DNA of 64,000 bases, taken from positions 3,936,001 through 4,000,000 of the forward strand of contig OZ242005.1 of assembly GCA_965204725.1 (NCBI GenBank). The letters run 5' to 3'. This stretch comes from Candidatus Latescibacterota bacterium (GTDB taxonomy: Bacteria; Latescibacterota; UBA2968; UBA8231). This document shows positions 20,004-28,476 of this stretch, in pieces. Made by a program: the position numbers and the translations under genes. How positions within the stretch are numbered: the first letter of the stretch is position 1; each line of letters starts with the position of its first letter. A model generated the notes under the pieces. That model worked only from the letters and a program-made list of their open reading frames with translations, searched no databases and was not told the DNA's origin.

Positions 20004-21167
20004 GTGAAAGACTTACAGACGATCCTCGGCCGCGCCCAGGAGCTTGACGAAGCAGGTGCGTCCTACATTTTGGCCACGGTTGTCCAGACCTCTGGCTCGG
20101 TCTATCGCGGCCCGGGCACCCGCATGCTCATCGAAGCCGACCTCCAGAGCTTGGGCACCATCAGCGGCGGCTGTCTCGAAGGCGACGTGCGCGAAAACGC
20201 GCAAGCTGTCTTCGCCGATGGCCAACCCCGGCTCCTGCACTACGACGCTACCTCTGAAGACGACATCCTCTGGGGCACCGGGCTGGGCTGTAGCGGCACG
20301 GTAGATGTGCTCTTAGAGCGCCTGCCCAACGGCTCCCTCCACTACCCAACCTTCTTGCACGGCTGCGCCTTGGAGAATCGGCACGGCGTCACCGTCACGG
20401 TCTTTGCCACCGAGGGAGAGACGGATGCTGCGCCGGGCCAACACCTGATCCTCGACGAGCGGGAAAACGCCCTTGACGACATCGCCGACCCGGAGCTACG
20501 CACAATCGCGCTCAACGCTGCTAGGGGAATTTTGGCGACCCTCGGCGACACCTGCCTCCCGGTCGTCCCGGGCTGCACACGCCACTGCGAGCTGACGCAC
20601 GGCAAGGCCGCCCTGCTCCTAGAACCTCTGCTGCCCCCGATTGCCCTTTACCTTTTCGGCGCGGGCTACGACGCCGTGCCTCTCGCCCGGCTGGCTGGCG
20701 AACTTGGATGGCGCGTCACCGTCGCCGATCACCGGCCCGCCTACGCCCGCGCCGAGCGTTTCCCTTGGGCCAAGCAAGTCCTCCTCGCCCTGCCCGGCTG
20801 TCTGACCGAGGCCCTTCAGTTCGACAACCGCTCGTGCGCTGTCGTCATGAGCCACAATTATTTACAGGATCAAGCGCTGTTGCGGGACTTGCTCGACGCG
20901 CCCCTCGCCTACTTGGGCGTCCTCGGCCCGCACCAGCGCACCCAGCGCCTACTCGCCGATTTGCAAAAAGAAGGCACCGCGCCCAGTGCCGAGCAGGCCG
21001 CCCGCCTCTTCAGCCCGGTTGGCCTTGACATCGGCGCCGAAACGGCCGAGGAAATCGCCCTGTCCATTCTCGGGGAAGTCCAAGCCGCGCTCACCGGCCG
21101 CAAAGGCGGCTCGCTCCGCGATCACCCCGGGCCGATTCACGATCGCCCTACCGTATCCAGCGCCTAA
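20004..21167 (+). CDS. XdhC/CoxI Mo-cofactor insertion chaperone
   Basis: GSVYRGPG, ISGGCLE, GLGCSG, FGAGYDA, MSHNY, PVGLDIGAET. Confidence 0.9.
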   Translation: MKDLQTILGRAQELDEAGASYILATVVQTSGSVYRGPGTRMLIEADLQSLGTISGGCLEGDVRENAQAVFADGQPRLLHYDATSEDDILWGTGLGCSGTVDVLLERLPNGSLHYPTFLHGCALENRHGVTVTVFATEGETDAAPGQHLILDERENALDDIADPELRTIALNAARGILATLGDTCLPVVPGCTRHCELTHGKAALLLEPLLPPIALYLFGAGYDAVPLARLAGELGWRVTVADHRPAYARAERFPWAKQVLLALPGCLTEALQFDNRSCAVVMSHNYLQDQALLRDLLDAPLAYLGVLGPHQRTQRLLADLQKEGTAPSAEQAARLFSPVGLDIGAETAEEIALSILGEVQAALTGRKGGSLRDHPGPIHDRPTVSSA

Positions 21168-21273
21168 GCCCGCTGACTTGGTCGAAATGTGCATCGAAAG
21201 AGACGATAACCGAGCCGGTTTCCATGGCCTGTGCCGCCAACCATATATCGTTTAGCGGTATTGGCGTTCCGGC
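21148..21273 (-). pseudogene. C-terminal remnant of a VapC PIN toxin
   Basis: Hand translation AGTPIPLNDIWLAAQAMETGSVIVSFDAHFDQVSGLRRWIR*; no N-terminus. Confidence 0.8.
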
Positions 21274-21494
21274 TGGCGAAGGTCTTTTGTCGCCTCTTCA
21301 AACTCGGCCAAATCCGCTGCCGACCAACAGCCAAAGAGATCGGCAAATTCTTCGCGCCGCGAGTGCCGCCTTCCCAGTGCTTGTTCGAGCAACCCTTTAA
21401 TGGTCTTGTTCAAGCTCTTGCCTTCGGCGGCGGCCTTCTCCCTGATTTGCCGGTCCATTTCATCGTCCATTCCGTGAATGGTAATTGATTTCAT
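21252..21494 (-). CDS. Ribbon-helix-helix antitoxin (VapB/FitA-like), C-terminus altered by a deletion
   Basis: MKSITIHGMD...AEGKSLNKTIK...FGCWS; GGAG RBS; abuts the PIN remnant. Confidence 0.75.
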   Translation of the reverse strand: MKSITIHGMDDEMDRQIREKAAAEGKSLNKTIKGLLEQALGRRHSRREEFADLFGCWSAADLAEFEEATKDLRQPERQYR

Positions 21495-21605
21495 GCCACA
21501 ACTCCGAACTATAAAGTGAACTGTATTAAAAAATGGACCGCGACTGCCGACCCCGTCCCCAACAGAGTCAAGCGACTTTGTCGAACGAACTTCTAGGCCG
21601 TGACA

Positions 21606-22455
21606 CTAGAAGCTATCTCATAAATAGTCTGGCTGTGCTACGTTAGTGGTATTCCCTTTCGGAGGTATCTCTTATGGATCTTACAGACGAACAGTGGTCG
21701 ATAGTGTCCCCACTGCTGCCGGCGTGTCCCAAACGCCGCGATGGTCGGGGTCGTCCCTGGCGTTGTAACCGGGCGGTGCTCAATGGTATTCTGTGGATTC
21801 TCCGCACCGGGGCGCCTGGGCATGACCTGCCTGCTCGCTATCCGTCCTACCAGACCTGCCATCGTCGATTCCAACAGTGGTCGTCTGATGGCACCTTTGA
21901 ACATATTCTGCGCACCCTCGCGCACGACTTGCATGAGCGCGGGGGACTTGATGTGAGCGAATGCTTCATCGATGGCCTGTTTGTCGCGGCGAAAAAAGGG
22001 GGGACCGAGTGGGTCCGACCAAGCGGGGCAAAGGTACGAAGCTCATGGCAGTGGCAGACCGCGCTGGTCTTCCTATCGCCGTACTCATCCAAAGTGCTTC
22101 GCCCCACGAAGTCACCCTCGTAGAAGCCACCTTGGAAAACCGATGGGTCCAGCCCCGACCGAAACGACTCATCGGGGACCGAGCCTACGACTCGGATCGA
22201 TTGGATGCGAGCTTGGCCAACCAAGGCATTGAGATGATCGCCCCGCATCGCCGCAATCGCACGCAGGCCAAAACCCAGGACGGGCGGCGGTTGCGGGGCT
22301 ACAAAAGACGCTGGAAAATAGAAAGACTATTTGCTTGGTTGCATAACTTCCGCCGCATCGTGGTTCGATACGAATACTATGCTGAAAACTACCTCGGCTT
22401 TGTACAACTCGGATGCATCCTCATACTGCTACGGTATTTATGAGATAGCTTCTAG
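21606..22455 (+). mobile_element. IS5-family insertion sequence (IS427-like group), ~850 bp
   Basis: Perfect 21-bp inverted repeats CTAGAAGCTATCTCATAAATA (21606-21626) and TATTTATGAGATAGCTTCTAG (22435-22455), which include the TA/CTAG target. Confidence 0.92.
21674..22443 (+). CDS. IS5 DDE transposase in two frames joined at A6G6 (21992-22003)
   Basis: [26 protein letters not shown], then [24 protein letters not shown] in the -1 frame. Confidence 0.9.
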
Positions 22456-22496
22456 AATCGCGCAATCAAATAATCCCGAGTGCTGGAGTTTCAGGA

Positions 22497-23045
22497 TCAA
22501 AGCGACGCGAAGATGTCGGTATTCTTCTTTCGATCGAGGATATGCTGGCAGATACTCCATTGGACCTTCAGAGCGGTCATCCGCATCTCGTGGCTTGCTT
22601 TCGAGGCCAATCTTATATCGACCGAGTCACTCGAGTCACTCTCGGTTAGATGCCTTTTGAAGTCCACGTAATGCGAAGCAAGTTCGTCTCCTGACTGCTT
22701 CAGCTTGGGTTGTATCCTCTCGGCAATGACGTTCAGCCAATGAATCTCATTGGCGAGCCGTGTAAAATTGACTAAGTGTTCGGGTCCGCTGTCTGTAGTT
22801 GCAGCGTCAAGACACTCCGAAATCAACTCGTCGATCCGGCGATTAAGATTCGACAAATAATCGATCGGGACTCGGTCAAGCTCTCCTCTGCGTCGCACAG
22901 CCCTGTGAATCCACCAGCCGATGACAACGGTTGTTGTCGCGCTGATCAAGCTGGGAATCGGAAGTTGGGGTTCACGCACTAATGACGTGATGAGTGTGCC
23001 AAGGAGTACGCCGAACACGATCGCGAGGATGTTGAAAGTATTCAT
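22497..23045 (-). CDS. Hypothetical protein with two N-terminal TM helices
   Basis: Two hydrophobic segments, then a helical soluble part; ATGA coupling to the upstream gene. Confidence 0.65.
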   Translation of the reverse strand: MNTFNILAIVFGVLLGTLITSLVREPQLPIPSLISATTTVVIGWWIHRAVRRRGELDRVPIDYLSNLNRRIDELISECLDAATTDSGPEHLVNFTRLANEIHWLNVIAERIQPKLKQSGDELASHYVDFKRHLTESDSSDSVDIRLASKASHEMRMTALKVQWSICQHILDRKKNTDIFASL

Positions 23046-23383
23046 GGGCTTGTGCCCGTCGTGTCGTTGGCATGTTTGATGTAGTGGCGGATCTCGAAAT
23101 CGAGCATCGGTTCAGAGCCTGACTCAAAGCGTAGAAGACGCTGAACCTCCTCTATTTCGAATTCTCTGGCGAGGCCCCCGAATGCTTCTTCAAGAAACGA
23201 TGTGGGGTAACCGTATTTAACACCATCAAGTTGAATGGTCACCTGATCATTGGCCTCCTTCGCCTTCAAGAACGCAGGTTTCAGAAGATCTTCCAGAAAC
23301 TCTTGGCCGGATCCAGGTCCCTGTTTCCGGTATCGTGGACCTGGTAGTTCCGTGAATTCTTTAGCGATGTTGATCTTAATCAT
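23042..23383 (-). CDS. STAS-like domain protein (DUF4325-like)
   Basis: PGPRY...GPGSGQEF, LDGVKYGYPTSFLEEAFGGL. Confidence 0.8.
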   Translation of the reverse strand: MIKINIAKEFTELPGPRYRKQGPGSGQEFLEDLLKPAFLKAKEANDQVTIQLDGVKYGYPTSFLEEAFGGLAREFEIEEVQRLLRFESGSEPMLDFEIRHYIKHANDTTGTSP

Positions 23384-24395
23384 TGCTCAACTCCCTAGGT
23401 TGGGCGCACCAACTAAACGCTGTGCCGCGCAGAGAATGGGCGACTTTTTTGAAGTCAAGATCCGCAACAGATCCGACGACGTCAGAAGTTAATACTTGAA
23501 GATTCGACAACGTACCCCTCCTCGCATCCTTTTTCATCTTGGGCAGCCCGAGGCCCCTACCGGGTTTACGTGTGGCAGATCCGATTTTTCCCTCGAAGGC
23601 GTCTTTTAGTAAACTGGTTCGTCCGCGCGAGGAAATCAAAGCACTGGTTTCTTGCAGCATGTTTCTTGCCGGTGCGCTTTTTAGAATACCAATGCCGAGA
23701 TCGATAAAGCTGAAATAGGCAGTTTGATCTCGGCAGTAAACGCTGACAAACCATTTTGGGGGAAAACGTTGCTTCTGACCCCCCGCGTGGTTGTGGGTAT
23801 TTGTCATGACCTCGACAAGAGTCTGGAAACAGGCATTAGTGCATTCCTTGGCGATGGGCATGTGTTCCTTTGCGAAGTCTACTAGTTCCGCAGCTATTTT
23901 CGCACGCACCGTGTTGTTTGACTTTTTCAGTATCAGTCCCTTTGGGAGAGGAAGATCCTCTGGTGGCTTGGCAAACCCGGCGAAGAAACCAGATGCTTTG
24001 AATTCGGAGGCTACGGTTGGATCCCGTGGCAAATTTCCGCCGATCTGCGTGTGACGAGCCCTAGAGTCCATAATTGCTCGAATCAGAAGAAGCGCATCAC
24101 TGGTGAAATTTTGGACATCACCGAGATCGAGAAAAATCTCCATGTCCGGTTGAGTAAGATGGTCCCGTAATGTGTTGCAGTACTTGAGAGTTTCGTTAGG
24201 TGCATCAAAAAGACTGAGCGTTTCGGGTGCTCGTAGCGGTGATCCTCGTTGACGAGAGCGTGTTGGCCGGAGTCGCGTCGGTCGCTCCCGCAACGCCGTT
24301 TGCCGTTTCTGTGCAAGGTGCCGCCGCCGGTCGAATTTTCGCTGCCGACGTTGCTGTCGGAGAGTGAATTCGTGAGTGGACCACAAGTGCTTCAT
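23376..24395 (-). CDS. GHKL/HATPase protein with an N-terminal STAS-like region
   Basis: N box EVMTNTHNHA, G1 DLGIGI, G2 GRGLGL; upstream LDLGDVQNFTSDALL. Confidence 0.75.
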   Translation of the reverse strand: MKHLWSTHEFTLRQQRRQRKFDRRRHLAQKRQTALRERPTRLRPTRSRQRGSPLRAPETLSLFDAPNETLKYCNTLRDHLTQPDMEIFLDLGDVQNFTSDALLLIRAIMDSRARHTQIGGNLPRDPTVASEFKASGFFAGFAKPPEDLPLPKGLILKKSNNTVRAKIAAELVDFAKEHMPIAKECTNACFQTLVEVMTNTHNHAGGQKQRFPPKWFVSVYCRDQTAYFSFIDLGIGILKSAPARNMLQETSALISSRGRTSLLKDAFEGKIGSATRKPGRGLGLPKMKKDARRGTLSNLQVLTSDVVGSVADLDFKKVAHSLRGTAFSWCAQPRELSND

Positions 24396-24987
24396 AGCCG
24401 ATGTCTCTCGATTTCATAACTAGTTACCCTCCAGCACCGGGAGCCGTTTGTCGTGCGACCGTAGCACCCCAGCGAGGTCGGTCAAGCTAAACCCCGGCTC
24501 GCAACAGCACTCCAGCCGTTGTTCAGCCCGATAGAGACGACTACAGAGGAAGACCGTGGCGGGATCCGGCGAAGGTAAGTCGCAAGTCTGCTGAGCACAG
24601 GCGTTGACCACGGTGCCTGTGGGCGGATCGCGGATGCCGCTTGCATCTGCCTTGCCATGTCCCTAGTCATGAATCCCCCAGTACGTTAAGGTCCATAGTT
24701 AGACATAAAAATAGACAAACCCCTTTTTTGGATTTTGTCAAGGAGATGAACGCAGGCAAGGGTCGAGTAGTTCCCTAAAGAGGTTTGTAGGCCCTTCGGC
24801 AGGGCTTCCGGTTTGGTTGCCTTATCGCAGGTCCAGTATCTACTTCATCTTGTACGCTGTGCTCAGTCGCCTCGGCTACATGCGGCTTTCTGTTCTTATA
24901 CTCGGAGACAAATCTACGGGTGTGCAGGTTGCGACAAACGCATTTGCCGTGCAGAATAGCCTGAACCAACAACGCAGGAGGAACGCA

Positions 24988-27294
24988 ATGCCCATCAGTG
25001 CTCAAGACCGCCAAGCCGCCCTCCCCGACCTCCAAGGCACCCAATGTTGCGAGGGCCTTGAAAAAACCGTCACCATCCACCGCGACCCTTGGGGAATCCC
25101 CCATATCCAAGCTGCCAGCGAAGCCGACCTGTTCTTCGCTCAAGGCTTCGCCACGGCCCAAGACCGCCTCTGGCAAATGGACTTCGACCGCCATCAGGCT
25201 TTGGGTCGCTGGTCTGAATGGGCCGGCCCCGCCGGGCTAGACCGCGACCGCCTCCTGCGCGCCGCGGGTCTGGGCCGCACCGCCAAGTTGGACTACGAAG
25301 CGTCCAGCCCCCAAGCCCGCGCCATGCTCGACGCCTATACCGCGGGCGTCAACGCCTTTTTGGCGACGACAACGGCCTTACCCATCGAATATCAACTCCT
25401 CAACCAGTGCCCCGAGCCGTGGGAAAGCTGGCACTGCCTCGCCGTGTACAAGATGCGCAATAGCCTGCTTGGCACCTTTGAATCCAAGCTCTGGCGCACC
25501 CGTCTCGCCCAAGTTGTCGGCCCTGAAAACCTCGCGCAGCTAATCAAAGGCTATCCCCAAGGCCACCTGCTCACCGTGCCCCCCGGCACCGAGTACCAAG
25601 GAGACCCTCTCGACAGCCTCGCGGCCCTCAGCCGCCGCGAAACCGATCCCGGCTCCAATGCGTGGTCCATCGCCGGCGCGTACACCACTTCGGGCTTGCC
25701 GCTGGTGGCCGGTGACTCGCACCGCGCCCTCGACACCCCTTCCGTCTATTACCAAGTCCACCTCGCCTGCCCGGACTTTGCCGTCATCGGCTACTCGGTG
25801 CCCGGCGTGCCCGGCACCCTGCACTTTTGCCACAACGAGTACGTGGCTTGGGGCATGACCTACGGCAGTGCCGATACCCAAGATCTGTTCGTCGAGCGCT
25901 TCCGCGAAATGGCCGACGGCTTGGAGTACGAGTTCAAAGGCGCGTGGCGACCGGCGCAAATCCTGCGGGAAAAAATCCACGTCCGCGGCGCAGCTTCCGC
26001 AGCCTGTGAAATCGTCATTACCCATCACGGGCCTATCGTCGCCGGCGATCCGCGCCAAGGCCAAGCCATCGCCCTCAGCGACCCCGGCCTCATCGAAGGC
26101 ACCCCTTGGGCCGATGCCGCCCGCGATGCCATGCGCGCCCGCTCGGTCGAGGGCTTGCACCAAGCCTTTGCCCGCTGGACCGACCGCGTCAACAACTACG
26201 CTGTCGCCGATGTCCACGGCTGCTTCGGCTATATACACGCGGGTCGGATCCCGGTGCGAGAGGCCGCAAACGGCTGGTGCGCCGTTCCCGGCTGGACCGG
26301 CGAGCACGAGTGGCGAGGCTACATCCCCCACGCCGAGCTACCCAAAGCCATAGACCCTGCAACCGGCTATGCCATCACCTGCAACCAGCGCGTGACCGGC
26401 TCGGATTATCCCTACTACGTCGGGCTTGTCTTTAGCCCGGACTACCGCGCCCGCCGCATCCAGACCCGCATCCTCGAACTGGCAAAGGGCACGGCTACGC
26501 CCGAAGTGATGGGCCGCATCCATGCCGAATGCGTCTCGCTGCCGGCCGAGGTTTTTACGCGGGCCTTGCTCGCCCTCGAGCCGCCCGACGCCGACTGCGC
26601 CCAAGCCCTCGACCTGCTGCGCCAATGGGATGGCCGGATGGACCGCGACCAAGCCCAGCCGGCGATCTATGCTCAAACCCGCGCCCTGCTGGGCTACCGC
26701 CTCGCTCGCCACCTGTTCGGCGACGACGCCTTGACCTTGCTCGCAGAGAGTGGCGGCGACGCCCACTGGAGTCTGATCAACCTCGAAGCAACCCTCGCTA
26801 TTGAGCGCGGCGACCCGGCACTGCTGCCGCCCGGCCAAACGTGGGCACAGGTCCTGACCGAGGCCCTTATTGGTGCGCTCGCCGCCCTCAAAGAGGCCCT
26901 CGGCGACGACATGCACCAATGGCGTTGGGGCCGCTTGCACCGCACCCAGCCTCAGCACCCGCTCTCGGCGGTTTTCCCCGAAGCCGCTTCCTTCCTCAAC
27001 CCCCCTTCGCTCCCGGTCCACGGCGATGGTGACACGCCCCTCGCCGGTAGCTACGCCTTCGACGCCTTCGCGGTCACGGGTCTTTCGGTCAACCGCTATG
27101 TCTTTGATCCCTCCGACTGGACCCGCTCGTGCTGGATCGCGCCGCTGGGGGCTTCTGGCCACCCGGCTAGCCCGCATTACGCCGACCAAGCCCGGCTTTG
27201 GGCCGATGTGGAGTTTATACCTCAGTTGTGGGATTGGCAGGAGATTGGCGACCGGGCGGAGACGACGCAGTTCCTAGTGCAGCAGGAGAGGTAG
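24988..27294 (+). CDS. Penicillin acylase family Ntn hydrolase (S45)
   Basis: RDPWGIPHI, AQDRLWQMD, GSNAW catalytic Ser, SGHPASPHYADQ; ATG 24988 after AGGAGG. Confidence 0.92.
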   Translation: MPISAQDRQAALPDLQGTQCCEGLEKTVTIHRDPWGIPHIQAASEADLFFAQGFATAQDRLWQMDFDRHQALGRWSEWAGPAGLDRDRLLRAAGLGRTAKLDYEASSPQARAMLDAYTAGVNAFLATTTALPIEYQLLNQCPEPWESWHCLAVYKMRNSLLGTFESKLWRTRLAQVVGPENLAQLIKGYPQGHLLTVPPGTEYQGDPLDSLAALSRRETDPGSNAWSIAGAYTTSGLPLVAGDSHRALDTPSVYYQVHLACPDFAVIGYSVPGVPGTLHFCHNEYVAWGMTYGSADTQDLFVERFREMADGLEYEFKGAWRPAQILREKIHVRGAASAACEIVITHHGPIVAGDPRQGQAIALSDPGLIEGTPWADAARDAMRARSVEGLHQAFARWTDRVNNYAVADVHGCFGYIHAGRIPVREAANGWCAVPGWTGEHEWRGYIPHAELPKAIDPATGYAITCNQRVTGSDYPYYVGLVFSPDYRARRIQTRILELAKGTATPEVMGRIHAECVSLPAEVFTRALLALEPPDADCAQALDLLRQWDGRMDRDQAQPAIYAQTRALLGYRLARHLFGDDALTLLAESGGDAHWSLINLEATLAIERGDPALLPPGQTWAQVLTEALIGALAALKEALGDDMHQWRWGRLHRTQPQHPLSAVFPEAASFLNPPSLPVHGDGDTPLAGSYAFDAFAVTGLSVNRYVFDPSDWTRSCWIAPLGASGHPASPHYADQARLWADVEFIPQLWDWQEIGDRAETTQFLVQQER

Positions 27295-27354
27295 TCCTAG
27301 CGCTGCCGAATACGCTTCCCGCGTATTCACATCCATAAAAATCCCCTCGTCCTC
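27274..27354 (-). pseudogene. Displaced 3' end of mocA (left att-like copy)
   Basis: Translates EDEGIFMDVNTREAYSAALGLPLLLH*, against EDEGIFVDVDTRESYGAARG in the intact gene. Confidence 0.85.
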
Positions 27355-27419
27355 GGGGTTCCTCCGATGACTTTGGTCGGGTGCCGACGCACGACCGGCC
27401 GTGCTCCCCATATCTTCCT

Positions 27420-27497
27420 ATCAGGTGACCACCCGATAAGAATCGGCGAAAAGTCAGGTATTTACCCGATACAAAAGCCGGGCGTGGTCGCTATCTT
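27420..27497 (+). promoter_or_regulatory. Promoter with tandem 18-bp palindromic boxes (copy 1)
   Basis: ATCAGGTGACCACCCGAT 27420-27437 and GTCAGGTATTTACCCGAT 27453-27470 (33-bp period); -10-like TATCTT 27492-27497. Confidence 0.8.
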
Positions 27498-27558
27498 TAT
27501 ATAAAGGGGATGTAACGAAGTATGTTGAGCAGGTGCTCAAGCCATGAGGAGTTAGAGA

Positions 27559-28368
27559 ATGATACTTAAATGGATCGCATTGGGAGCCTCAGTTATAGGC
27601 GGTATGGGCACTGCCCACGCCGAGGAAGGCGATTTCTTCCCGTTAGAAGTAGGCAACCGCTGGATATATCAGAAATATGACTGGAGATACCCCGATCACC
27701 TCCGGGTTGAGGAGACCGCTTCAATGGAGGTGATCGGCCAAGTTCAGTTGCAGGAGCGGTCGTATTTCGTCTTGCGACAGGACTGGAATTGGCTTCTACC
27801 TGATACGCTCTACCTGCGAACAGAAGAAGGGCAAGTCTTTCGCTATATAGAGCAGCCGGACACCGTGGCGGATGGTATCTCAGCACAGGACTTGGATAGC
27901 CCGGACCCGGTGCAATGGTCGTATCCTCTGGATCCCAATCAGACAGATTGGTTGATGTATGACTTTGAGGCATCTCAAGGAACTTTTTGGGATTTACCCT
28001 TACCAGATCTTACTGATCCGCCATATGTAGTTATATGGTGGGTACTCGTCAATGCCCGTTGGGCGGGCGATGCCGATCCGCCGAATAATTGGGAGTGCTG
28101 CTGGGGCATTCCTTTTCAATTAGGACCCTCTCAGAAGTTTTTCCGCTTTTCAGCAACGCCCTTTACGGCGGAATGGGATGAAGTGTTTGAGGTCGGGATA
28201 GGCCCGGTCTATATCACGCATCTTACAGATGAGACTGAGAGTTGGGACTTTGGCCTTCTCAAAGAAGCTCATATCGGCGGTCAAACCATCATAAGGGATC
28301 TGGCGACCTCAGTGGAGCAGACGAGTTGGGGTCAGATTAAGACGTCTTTCGAGGGGAGGATCAGGTGA
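27559..28368 (+). CDS. Secreted hypothetical protein with a C-terminal TSVEQTSWGQIK motif
   Basis: Signal peptide (AHA|EE), FFPLEVGNRWIY N-terminus, GIGPV; GAGGAG RBS. Confidence 0.75.
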   Translation: MILKWIALGASVIGGMGTAHAEEGDFFPLEVGNRWIYQKYDWRYPDHLRVEETASMEVIGQVQLQERSYFVLRQDWNWLLPDTLYLRTEEGQVFRYIEQPDTVADGISAQDLDSPDPVQWSYPLDPNQTDWLMYDFEASQGTFWDLPLPDLTDPPYVVIWWVLVNARWAGDADPPNNWECCWGIPFQLGPSQKFFRFSATPFTAEWDEVFEVGIGPVYITHLTDETESWDFGLLKEAHIGGQTIIRDLATSVEQTSWGQIKTSFEGRIR

Positions 28369-28476
28369 TCGCTCCATGTCAGTTAGCAGGGCCTATAAAG
28401 GTCGTTAGTAGGGGCTTCAAGCGGTTGGGAATCGCGCCGTTAGCCAACACTCCTCATCACCCGTAAGGAGAAGACA

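Noticed and set aside
24482-24670. 62-aa ORF upstream of the HATPase gene
   Set aside because: It has a purine-rich upstream tract but no recognisable motif, so it cannot be supported.
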